DNA of 61,944 bases, filler included. It is 16 parts of 16 records of this genome, joined end to end, with 100 filler letters (N's around TTAATTAATTAA, not from the genome) between each part and the next. Parts side by side here need not be neighbours in the genome. Positions count along the whole stretch, not along the records: positions 9,034 to 12,072 come from SRR7504441_134236; positions 12,173 to 17,070 come from SRR7504441_134504; positions 17,171 to 21,135 come from SRR7504441_134601; positions 21,236 to 26,310 come from SRR7504441_134794; 12 more parts are not named here. One strand, 5' to 3'. Below the pieces are notes generated by a model that worked only from the letters and a program-made list of their open reading frames with translations, was not told the DNA's origin and did not search any database. The translations under genes were made by a program, and so were the position numbers. Shown one piece after another: positions 10,932 through 21,969 of the stretch. Positions within the stretch are counted from its first letter, which is position 1. Every line of letters starts with the position of its first letter.

Positions 10932-11660
10932 TCAATGCCGTGTTTTTGTGCCTGCACCCCCCGAATAAATCGAGTACACATTAAAGCCGGCATCACCTTT
11001 AGATGACGCTTGAGTGAAGCGTTGGCGGCCTTGGGGCGGCCTTGGAATGTGCAGGCGCACACGAACACACCGAGAACTTTGCAAGCAGGGCAGAAATTCT
11101 GGCGGCACAGTGGGCACGCCTCGCCGCGCCGGTCAGCCTCGGTGTCGACGACACTTAGCTCAGCCAGTGATTCTTCCATCGCCTGTCCCCCCCGCTCAGC
11201 CAGCCCGACACCGAGCGCAATGCACCTTGACTTCCAGCGCTCGTCGAGCCTTGAGACTCTTCTTAGGCTTCTTCTCGGACTTCTTCTTGTAGTCTGACCG
11301 GACACGAACTTGTAGATCAGCGCTCGAGCAGATCAAAGTCCAGTCCTCGATGTAGCTTGGGTTCTCCTCGATGAAGATCTCGAACGGGCGGGTCCCATTG
11401 GCGACTGAGCCCTGTGCCCGCCCGCTCAGCCAGCCCGCCAGCCCGCCAGCCCGACAGCCTGTCACCTCCGTGTTCATCATATAGTCTTCCAAGGAACTTG
11501 TTGGGTCCCGGAGCAGGAATCGTGCCATCTCCTCCCGGACAATAGCCTGCCCGCACGCCCGGGCCACATCCAGATTCTCCTGCACGCCCGGGAGCTGGAG
11601 GATGCACTCCTCTTTCGGCGGCGAGGACGGCTTCTGCCAACTCTGCAAGCAAGCGCTCAT
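10932..11660 (-). CDS. Hypothetical protein with Lys-rich segment and CxxC-x4-CxxC motif
   Basis: Introns 11412-11465 and 11183-11225 give a continuous frame; CPLCRQNFCPAC; 3' end uncertain. Confidence 0.5.
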
Positions 11661-12270
11661 CCTCGGCAAGAGAGCACCACCCTGCGGTAGGAGACCCGTC
11701 CGGAGACAGGGACACACGAGGAGACCCGTCGGGGGGGGACTCAGAGCGCCCCTCCTCCCGGTACCGGCCGCAGAACATGCCGGCACAAGCGATTGAAGCG
11801 AACACAAATTTGCCAAACGTCGATTTGGCAGTTCCAAGTTTCCGTTACTCGAGCAACGCCCTTGGGCGCCCAAGGGGGTGGGGGGGAGGGGGCGGCGGTA
11901 AATCTTGGAAATGGCAGTAAACCTTGAGGGTAGTAGGGTAGATTGTCGCTAGTAACCACGGCAGTAACCCACCCTCGTGGTAAGAGCTTTTCAGCCGGGG
12001 TTTGACTCACATCGGGTGTGGCGACCTCGACCCGGCTAGCCTTGGTCACCGGCTATCGGCGTCTTGGCCGAGNNNNNNNNNNNNNNNNNNNNNNNNNNNN
12101 NNNNNNNNNNNNNNNNTTAATTAATTAANNNNNNNNNNNNNNNNNNNNNNNNNNNNNNNNNNNNNNNNNNNNCGAGGACGCTAAATCGTGGATCCGCTAG
12201 CAGCAACTCGAGGAACCAGCTAGCTGCAGCACACGCAGCGGCGGGAGAGAGCGAGCCGGAGGGGGGTTAG

Positions 12271-15200
12271 ATGTTCTTCGACGGGTCCACCGGGCGGAAG
12301 CGTCAGGTCTCGCTCTCCGGGAAGCGCTCGGGCCGCAATGCCACCGGCTCCTCCAAGGAGGACTTCCTGCAGCGCACCAAGCGGTGGCTGCAGGCTGTAC
12401 TGCGGCGCTGAGCTGGGCGGCTCCGCAGGGAGCGGGCAGAACGGGAACTCGAGCGGCTGCGGAACGAGAGCGCCGTCCGGATCCAGGTCAGTGACCCACC
12501 CATCCTGGGGCTGCTGTGTGCGCGCCTGCGCTGCTGACTGGCGGCCCAGGCGCTGAGGCGCAGCTCGGCCCGCCGGGGGGAACTCAAGCTGGCGGTCAAA
12601 CAGGGCTGGGCCCCGGAGCGCTCGCTGCGCTCCACCTGGCAACTCCTCTTCTTCTACCAGCGGTGTGTGGCCGGGGCGCGTCGCGCTCGGTGCTGACCGG
12701 GCTGGATGCGCAGGGGACGAGACCTGGACCTGCTGCAGGGCCAGCTGGCCCAGCTCACGCCGTTTGCCAGCTTTTTCACGGAGGGCGCCACCGCGGAGCA
12801 CAGTGGGCTGGCGCGGGTGGTGATGCTGGTGCGCGCGAGCTCTCGAGAGCGCTACTGAGCGTGCTCTCAGGACCTTTTAGAACTGGTGCTCTCAGAGTTC
12901 GACGCGGTTGTGAGCAGCGTCCGAGCGGGCGCCGACCCGAGCCTGCTAGAATGCTGGCTCACGGCCGACTCGACCAATCAGCCACTCCTCTCAGAGTTCC
13001 TCAGGCGCTCGATACTGATTGATTCAGTAGGCACTCTGAGCTGCCCGCGTGGCAGGTTTGCCACGACCTCTCGGATCGACTGGGCGGCTACCTCGGCTGC
13101 GAGCGCGGCGCTGCTCGGCCGGCTTGATGCAAAGCTCTACGCGGCGCTGCGCTTCTGCATCAGCTCTGCAATCGCGACTGGGCGTGACAATCTGCTGCGG
13201 GGTGCGGTCCGGATGGCGTGCGGCCCTCTGGCGGGCGCAGCCCAGACGCAGCGGACGCTGGCCAGCTTCGCGCTGTCGATCCTGTCTATCGAGGAGCTCC
13301 TGGCTGCGCTCGGGCGGGTCGGTGCGGTCGACTTGCTGGTGGCGGCTGTCGATCTGCAGGTGACGCACGGACTTGTCATGCGAGTTGGGTGTGAGCACAG
13401 GGCAGGTGCTTTGCGAGGCGGTGGCCGTCTGCACGGACAAGCCCGAGCAGCCGACAGGAGCCCTGCATGTGCTCGGGAATCTGACTCGAATGCTCCAAAT
13501 CCACCCGAATCAGCTGAAAGTGCTGAGCGCGTATGCAGCGGCGATGCGGGCTTTAGTGGACGCCACACCGGCCAGTGTGCTCAGTGAGCCGTCACAGCAC
13601 GGGGTGATAGGCCCGGTGCGCACAGCTGCGTGGCACTCGATTGAATGGTCTGGCAGGTGAAGTTGCTCCTTGAGGAGTGGCACGTGCGCCTCCTGCTGAT
13701 AGAGACTGCGCTGGTCACTGTAGGCTCTTCGCCCGGGATGCAGCCTCTCGTGGAGCACGGCGCGCTGTTCTGCAGTGTGCGTGCGTATGCCATGCTTGCA
13801 GATAGGCTGCCCAAGGTGTCGCGAGTAGGCGCTGAGCTTGTTGAGTCCCGGGCAGGACTACAGCGCGCGGATGCTCCATCTGATCGCATCGCCCACGCTG
13901 GGCATCCTCCGGCTGATGTGGGAATGGATCGCTCAAAGCGCTGACTTCTCAGATGCCATGAGCTCTGCAGATGATGGCCTGCTCGTAAAGGTCTGCCCCA
14001 CACTTACCTGCTGCATGTGACTTTTTGTTTGTAGCCTGATTTGCTTGTGTCACTCTCGCTCTTCAGTCGAGCCATGGACAGTCGAATGCGGCTGCTAGAC
14101 GACGACGAGTTTTATCAAAAGCAGTCGCTGCTGCCACTCGATCAGATTGAGATCGTTGTGCATACTCTAACCACGCTGCTTGCGCAGGTGCTTGCCCCCG
14201 GCGCTCGCTCTGTTGAGAGTTGCTGCAGGTCTATTGGCAGCCGTCAGCTGCGTTTAGCACTTTCTACCAGTCATTTCAGCCTTTATCCAAGCTGCTGAAG
14301 AATCTCCACCAGAAGAATTCGCGCCGACCCTTTGCTGCCGAGGAGACCTTCACGCCGCATCTCATCCCGGCCTCCTATTTCAGCATCACTCCGCACCTAA
14401 TGGCAGCCTCTGACCAAAGGCTTCTGAACATCTTGCGCGATTTGCCCCACTTTGCACCATTCGCGTTCCGTGCTCGGATCTTCCAATCGCAACTAGAAGA
14501 CGACCAAAAGAACCAGAGCCGTGAAGTCTGGGCAGACCACCAGCGGGTTAGGATCCGGCGGGGCTTTGAGGTGGAGGACGGATTCGATTCACTCAATCAC
14601 CTGGGACACAAGCTCAAGAATCATGTCCGGATTTCCTACATTGACCAATATGGCGAGGAGGAGGCAGGGATTGATGGAGGCGGCCTGTTTAAAGAATTCC
14701 TGACCAATCTGATTATGAAGGGGTTTAATCCAGATTATGGATTGTTCAAGCAGACCCCGGAGAACCGAGTGTACCCAAACCCAGGCTCCGAAATGTTTGG
14801 GGATCTGCATCTGCACTACATCACCTTCCTGGGCAAAATGGTCGGCAAGGCGCTCTACGAGGGGATACTGGTAGAGCTTCCTTTCGCCAACTTCTTCCTC
14901 AACAAGGTGTCCGGGAGGATCAATCTTGTGGGGGATCTGTATTCGCTCGATCCTGAACGGGCTCGGAACCTCATGATGCTGAAAGAGATGGGCCCAGCTC
15001 TTGACGATCTTGGTCTGTTCTTTTCGGTCAATGAGACACATGGGTTTGGGGAGGCAAGTGGCTGGGCAGGGCTGTCACTGATAGCACGCGCAGGTGAGGG
15101 AAGTCGAGCTTCTGCCTGGGGGCAGCAGCATGCCGGTCACCCAGAGCAATCACATCCAGTACATTTACTACATGGCAGACTTCTATCTGAACAGACAGGT

Positions 15201-15749
15201 GTTTGCCTGCCGCTGCATAGCTTCTTAACGTGTCGGCGGCAGATTAGTCGTCAGTGTAGGGCCTTCATTGCCGGGTTTCAAGAGATGATACCACAGGCAT
15301 TGTCAGGTCTGGTCAGGCTAAGGCTGTGTCTGCAGGATTTGTTAGGCATGTTTTCCTCCAGTGAATTGCAGTTGCTCATCTCAGGCGCCGAAGAGGTGCT
15401 TGATCTCGATGATTTCAGAGCCCACTGCACATATTCCGGCGAGTACAAAGCAAATCATCCCACCATCAAAAACTTTTGGAAGGCTGTGGAAAGCTTCTCT
15501 CGAGAGGAGCAGTCCCAACTTCTACGCTTTGTGACGTCCTGTTCGAGGCCACCACTGCTTGGGTTTAAATACATGCAACCGCCATTCAACGTCTCTTATG
15601 GCGGCAAGAGCGATGGTGTAGATACGAGGCTACCGTCAGCATCCACTTGCATGAATCTCCTGAAGCTACCCGATTATGATTCGTACCATACACTTCGAGA
15701 AAAGCTGCATTATGCAATTAGCTCGAATTCGGGTTTTGGATTGAGCTGA
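12271..15749 (+). CDS. UBE3C: HECT E3 ubiquitin ligase, UBE3C/UPL6 type (N-terminal IQ motif), many introns
   Basis: N-terminus MFFDGSTGRKRQVSLSG..SAVRIQ; EAGIDGGGLFKEF; LLRFVTSCSRPPLLGF; RLPSASTCMNLLKLPDY; ends GFGLS. Confidence 0.88.
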
Positions 15750-16081
15750 ATCCCTCAAGATTGCTATGCGAGAGCTTAGCGAGAACCAATGATACAGAGT
15801 ACTTAACAATTAACTAAACCATCACCTTTAAATGTACTACTTGTAGTAAGTATTTACTTCAATGCATGCATACACAATTATGATTGTAACGGGCCCGTCG
15901 TTTCGTCCTTGCAACGGATCAACTAGCGATACACTATAATCATAAATGATAAAACTATGAAAGCAAGCATAAAAATCATAAATTGAAAGTCAAAGTACCG
16001 GCAATGCGATAAATAAAATTAATCATGTTAACGTTGTTACGCTTTTAATTAAGTCATTAAAATCATTAATCTGGTGCGGGT

Positions 16082-17070
16082 TCAAGAGTAGGCCCAAGAG
16101 CACTTGATATCAGAGGCGCTCTGTTTGCCATCGAGGCACACGTGCGCAGGATTCGAATCAAAACTGCAACTAAAGGAGCTCACGTACGCATAGTTCGTGC
16201 GAGGGTCGCTAGGCGATACAGATGTCTCGTACATGTTGCCCGTGCCGTCCTTGCTAAAGTACCAGCAGGTGGACTCGCGCCAGAGCGGCTCTACGTTGTA
16301 GACTCCGGCGCCCTGCAGGAAGATACCTACTGTCACTGCAAGACACACCACTGACACCCAGTGGTCGAACTTGCAGTAAAGAGCAACGTACCAACAAACC
16401 CACCAGTGATGTACATGGACAACCCCGTCGTTCAGGCTGGCCAGGAGAATACTGAGCCCCCAGACCATCCCCACCAGGATCCGGACCGCAAGGTAGCCCG
16501 CCAACCCATCCAGCCCCCAGCCGAATCGCGACACTGCGAACCAGCCATGCCACACCACTGCAGCTAGCACCAGCACTCCGGAGCCCGCATAGAGCGCTAT
16601 TGTGCCCGCTGAGACGTCGCCGCCCGCATTACCGTCCGACAGGCTGAGGCTCGCTATCTCCCAGTGCGATAACTGCGAATAGGCCGGGCCTGCCCCAAGC
16701 ATCAGCACCGGCGCCCAGATCCATTTATAATCATTCAGAAGGTACTCCACTCGCTCCCGCCTGTGGATGCCAGTGGCCAAGGCCAGCAGCAGAGCGTACA
16801 ATAACAGGCTGGTGACATCATCGGCCAAGTCGAACGCATTCAGGTTGTTTTGTCCGTCGGATGGTAAGCCTAGGAAGGTCCAGCCCCTGTTGGACCAGAG
16901 ACCGACCTCGAGCAGCAGGTGGAAGAAGAACAGCCGCCGGAACACTTTCCATTCCGGGTCCGGCTGCATCTGCCCCACTGCCCCGGGCGTGCACTGGAAC
17001 TGCCGCCACTCATCCAGTGTGATCACCCCATTGCCGTTGCTGTCGATCTGGCTGAAGATCTGCATCGCCC
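16082..17070 (-). CDS. EF-hand plus multi-pass membrane protein, 5'-truncated, intronless part
   Basis: EF loop DSNGNGVITLDE, several hydrophobic helices, HVHHW motif, Cys-containing tail. Confidence 0.7.
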
Positions 17071-17360
17071 NNNNNNNNNNNNNNNNNNNNNNNNNNNNNN
17101 NNNNNNNNNNNNNNTTAATTAATTAANNNNNNNNNNNNNNNNNNNNNNNNNNNNNNNNNNNNNNNNNNNNACAGCTGCAGAAAATTCGCAACAAAAATAA
17201 TCGAAATCGGCAACTGAAAAAAGCGCGGACACGCGTACGCATACATACACAATCTGGGCCCCAGTGTGTCTGTCAAATTTATTTCAGAGAAATTCCGAGG
17301 CGGACTCGGCCGTTCCGGCTACGTTCCGGCCTCGTACCCCCCCGGAACTTGGATTAACTC

Positions 17361-18406
17361 TCATCGCAACCCCATACGACCCTCCAATGCTCTTAATTGT
17401 TCGAGAAAGATGAACACTAAGATGCAGTACGGCCCGAACCGCAGGTAATTAGCGGTGACGCCATTGTAAATGGCTGCCAACCCCTCCTTTTGCACCGTCT
17501 GCCTTATGCAGTCAAGTGGGCCCGAATAAAGCCGCTCCGCAGCTGCTTGATTCACCACGCGAGTGGCTGCAAAGTCGAACGGCTGCATACACCCCACTAC
17601 AGCTAGGCCCTGCAACCGAGCTCAGTCATGGCTGAGCGTGGCTCCGGCTCACTGTGATCCAGCTAGCTACAACGTGGCAGCCGATTCCGTCGCTCCAGCC
17701 GAGCTGTCGCATTATGGAGGCTTTTGTCACATCGTACGTGCTCAGTTGTACCCCCGAGGCCACCACCACTCTCGGGCAGAACGCGCTCAGCCCTGGCCCA
17801 CCACTCCCACACAGAGCCCCGGCTGCATCACCGCGGAAATAACCGGCGGCTCCTTCTTGTCGGCCGATGCTGACAAAGCTCCTAAGCAGTTCGCCAGGCC
17901 TCGACGGAGCGGTGCGGTTGGCTTGGAATCGGGTCTTGATGATAAAGAATGGGTTCGAGAGCAGCGCACCCAGCCCCCCAGACAGCCCAGCCAGCGCGGC
18001 CGACTTCGCCCACCGGTTTGGGGTTTGGTCGTCCATGTTCAAACGGCGCTTGGCGACGTCGTAGACGCCGAAACGCAACGACACGTTGGTGAACTGCCAC
18101 CAGCAGGCGGGGCCCAGCCCACGCTGAAGCCCGCGCATGCCCTCTTCCCGGCCTATCTTGAGCAGCGCCTGAGGCACGTTGCGGTACTGCTTGACCGCCC
18201 CTTGGCTGAGCTGCCCCTCGAGCTGCATGCGGGTCTTTACTACCTGCCCCCAAAGGTCTGGCTGCGGTAGTCTAGCCGCGCACGTCGATCGGGTTGCAGC
18301 AACAGATGGCCAGTACCGCAGACGCGCCCCCGTTGAAGAAGTCCATCGGTACTGGATCCCCGGTAAAAAGGTCGTTAGCTGAGACCACGTCTATACTGGC
18401 GTACAT
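17361..18406 (-). CDS. Mitochondrial carrier, OAC1/SLC25A34-35-like, 3 introns
   Basis: Three PxD/FxxK(T)R carrier signatures after splicing (NPIDVVKTRMQ, NPFFIIKTRFQ, QPFDFAATR); alternative start ATG 18346. Confidence 0.88.
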
Positions 18407-18566
18407 GTATTGGTCAGTACACTACCGGTAGTGGCGGACCGGCAGCACTTGTGAGACGAGGGCTTCGTTCTAATGGTTTTAAGCGAATACGCGAATATTA
18501 TAAAAGGAACCAAGTTACTTGAAACCAAAAATCGCAGCCATCAGGTCAACATTGAGGTAATCATGA

Positions 18567-19131
18567 TCAACGCCCTACAGAGATATTCCAATCTTGATGA
18601 AACATGATGGCAGCCCCAATCATGGTTGCGCGGCTCGCATGTACCCTGATAAACTCTCCATTGAGGCGATTGTACTTGCGCACTTGATGACCAGAGACCA
18701 CATAGACGTAGTCGTTAAATTCCCTGATGTCTGACGGGTTAGCAAGACCCTCGTCTTCAAATGCTTGGAGAAACGCACCTGTGGTACGGTTGAACCTGAT
18801 AATCGCTCGGCCCGGGTGTGGCCCGACAGCGTAGAGGCTATCCACCGTGAGCTCTAGGCCCTGTACGTGAGGCACAATTGTGCTAGTCATCCCATTCAGG
18901 CTCGTCGGCCGGACGGACCCTCGGCAGATCCAGCGGCTTCGGGGACGGGTCGGCCGGTCTAGGGCGGGCGGCAGGCTGTTGCTGGGCCGGCGGGGACGGC
19001 TTCAGGTCGGGTATCTGACCTGTGGCGAAGAATGCTGAGACCTCGGCGCGCGAGTCGTCGATCCATGTGCGCGGGCTGGCCACCGCCACGCAGCACACCG
19101 CCAGGCAGGCCCCGACCCACTGGCACCGCAT
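18567..19131 (-). CDS. Small secreted protein with NHL/beta-propeller-like blades
   Basis: Signal peptide MRCQWVGACLAVCCVAVA; a 58-nt GT-AG intron 18861-18918 joins the two ORFs as LDLPR-GLELTVDSLYAV, resembling the second blade LANPSDIREFNDYVYV. Confidence 0.55.
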
Positions 19132-19673
19132 CTGTCCTGCGCTATCTCATGTTTGCCTTGTCCTAGATTTATTACAGCTGTAGATCTGGTCTACGGTACC
19201 AGGTACGCTTAATTAATTAAGCCAGGTACGAGTACTTGAAAATCAGTACGTACGGTCAGGCGTGTATGTAGTGGCTATACTTTCTCACCCGACCTTTTGT
19301 TTATTAGATATTTATTAGATTGGCGAAATTAGGTAGCTATTAGGTAGCGTGCAGACATCGGTCCGCGCCGCGCGCATGGCCGCGCGGCACGGCCTGCACC
19401 AGCCGCCTGCATCAGCCCAATCGCCCAGCGCCCCGGGTGAAAGCCATCGCTGACGGTCAGCTCCTCTCTTTGAGAAGTGACAAACGGACTCAGATCAGGA
19501 GGGACTCGGATCAACACAGTGACCGCATGGAGGAGATAATTATTTAATTGTACTGATAAATCTCAGGTCAGGAGTGAACTGGCAAGTGCCCGGGAGGGTT
19601 GTTTAGATACCAGGCGTCTCGGTCCCGAACCCCGGTTTTCTACCTATCTAACCTTCGAGAGATTACGGTATGT

Positions 19674-20704
19674 CTAATTCGTAGGGTGGAGAACCCGCCG
19701 CCATTGCTTGCCCGGCCCCGCGAGCTGCTCGTGCGGCCCCCCTTCGCCTAGCAACTGATTAAGCTGCTCACGGCTCTCGACGGTGTATTGCACTGTGAGC
19801 CACCGGGCCGTGTCCGCGGGCCGCAGCTTGGCCTCGATGGCCTCCATAGCCGGTTTGACCCTCGCAAAGACCTAGCCCGCCTCAGCCCATCCGGACAGCA
19901 AGCCACCTGCTCAGGCGTGCCGGTGTTGGCATCGATCGTGATGCAGCTCCCGAGGTTGCGGTAGGTGTCTATGATCGGCTCGGTCGACTCAGCGTACGTC
20001 ACAAACCGCTTCTGGATCGACTGGACGTTGTCGTCGTTCCGTCGGTCGGCCCCAGCGTCCTCACCCCTCTTGATCAGCCGGGACATCATCGTCTCGAGTG
20101 AACAGTCAAAGAAGAGCACCCCTTCCACGTTGGCCTGCTCGCCCACCACTCGGATCCAGCCCTGAAGGTTGTCCTGGTTCCGCGGGAACCCGTCGATCAG
20201 GAACTTGCGCTTGGGGCTCCGCTCCATCGCTTTGACCAGCAACGCGATAGTGATCTCTACGGGCACGATCGCTCCCCGCTGGATGTAGTCGTTGATCAGG
20301 TCGCCGTACTTTGAGCCCGGCTGCTTCCGCTCTGCCCGCAGACAGTCGCCGGCCGAGATATGCTCATAGCCGTACTCTCGCACGATGTTCCCGCATTGTG
20401 TTCCCTTGCCCGCCCCGGGCCCACCCAGCACAAACAGCACGGTTGGTCGGGGCTCGATCGGGGGCTCGGCCTCGAGAAGCTGGGCGCTCTGCACCTGGCT
20501 CCCGACCAGCGTTCGGTTGAGCTGGGTGATCCTTCTCTTGAGCTCGTCTGCCGCCTCGCGCTCCACCTCACAGTTGATCTCATAGACCATCGGGGCGAGA
20601 CTGGCCGACCCGCCTGCCGTAGCTGCAACTGCAAGCCCAGCCGCTGCCCATCGCCTCCGGTCCGCTGGCTGCCTCGCGGCGCGCGCGACTCGACTCAGCC
20701 ACAT
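19674..20704 (-). CDS. UMP-CMP kinase (adenylate kinase family) with N-terminal targeting-like extension and C-terminal extension
   Basis: VLFVLGGPGAGKGTQC, HISAGDCLR, FLIDGFPRN, RNDDN; intron 19872-19906. Confidence 0.88.
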
Positions 20705-20829
20705 CGGTCTCACCGTGCCGTTATACGCACTGCAGCTGACGGAGAGAGGTTGGGATTCGCGATGGTGAATGACAGCAGAGCTGACAGCAGGAGTGCCAGC
20801 AGCGCCAGATTCTAGGCCGATCTAGTAAG

Positions 20830-21135
20830 ATGAGGTGGCAGCTTGGGTCGGTACTTGCGGCGGTGCTGGTGGCGTACTTGGGCCACAGCCTGCTGGGCGA
20901 GCGCTCGGTGGTGCTGGTGCTGCTCGCGGAGCTCCCTGGTGCTAATGTCCGGCCGGGCTGGCCGAGGTTTGGTGCAGACCACGGGCATCTGCTCCGCACC
21001 CACAAGGGCCGCGGCCGGAGCATCCAACCTGCTGCGCTCGCCAATCTGACCGAGTTGCTCTTCGCCGGGTGCTCCGCAGCCGTGCATCGGCGGCTCAGGC
21101 CGGGTAGCGCCGTGGACACTGTGCTGGCCTCACGC
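20830..21135 (+). CDS. Hypothetical signal-peptide/anchor protein, 3'-truncated
   Basis: ATG followed by a hydrophobic stretch, open to the spacer. Confidence 0.45.
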
Positions 21136-21235
21136 NNNNNNNNNNNNNNNNNNNNNNNNNNNNNNNNNNNNNNNNNNNNTTAATTAATTAANNNNNNNNN
21201 NNNNNNNNNNNNNNNNNNNNNNNNNNNNNNNNNNN

Positions 21236-21753
21236 GCGCCAAGAACTACAATCCGTATGGCTGCGACCGGCTCGTGAGCTGGCCCCGGCCGTCTGTATGG
21301 CAGTGCCACGGGTGTCCTTACAAGGTGCACTGCCCCAAGCGGGTTCGGCGACTGGGCCTGCAGGATCTAGCTCCAGAGCGACTCCGGCCGATGCTGGACG
21401 TCATGGGGGTAGCCCGAGGCGAGCAAGCTCAGGTCCTGGAGGCTGCTAGCCAGAAACGGCCTCAGGTGCTCTGATATATATATAGTACTAGTGCTGAGGC
21501 TGGGCAGCTGGCGTGTAAGCGGGCGTTTGAGATAGTGCACCGGGTGGAGTTCCAGGGTGGTAGCGAGGGCGGGGTGACGCATCCACACGAGTTCTTCAGG
21601 CAAGCCAGGGCGGCGACTGTGGTCCAACCAGGAGAGCCATCCGAGGCTGAGGAAGAGGCAGTTGATGATGACTCGATTGACCAGCCGCATGGAGACCAAC
21701 AATTACATGACGCCCATGCATATGAAAGCCAAGACCCTGCCGAATACATGTAG
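21236..21753 (+). CDS. PRIM2: DNA primase large subunit, C-terminal Fe-S domain, 5'-truncated
   Basis: NYNPYGC..HGCPYK..QLACKRAFEIVH..VTHPHEFF matches YTPYSC..HGCPF..QVACQKYFEMIH..LNHPNQFF; two short introns. Confidence 0.8.
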
Positions 21754-21969
21754 TAGGTTGTGCAAATCTTTAAATGATGCTTTCGTAATGGCCAAAAGAT
21801 AGTTTTTAAACAGTTTCCATTGGTAAGTTTACACATGTCGAGTTTATTAATACGGATCCATTACGCCTGAGTCGCCAATGATTGAAGAGTACACCAGCGC
21901 ACACAGACGCCCATCGGCCGACCTATCTACATATAGGTACCATCGCCACACCCGGTACAGCACTGAGGT

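Noticed and set aside
18861-18918. Apparent frameshift or stop readthrough between ORFs 18883-19131 and 18567-18890
   Set aside because: Resolved by a 58-nt GT-AG intron.
19272-19290. CTATACTTTC resembling the U3 snoRNA 5' end
   Set aside because: No following box A, B, C or D elements are recognisable.
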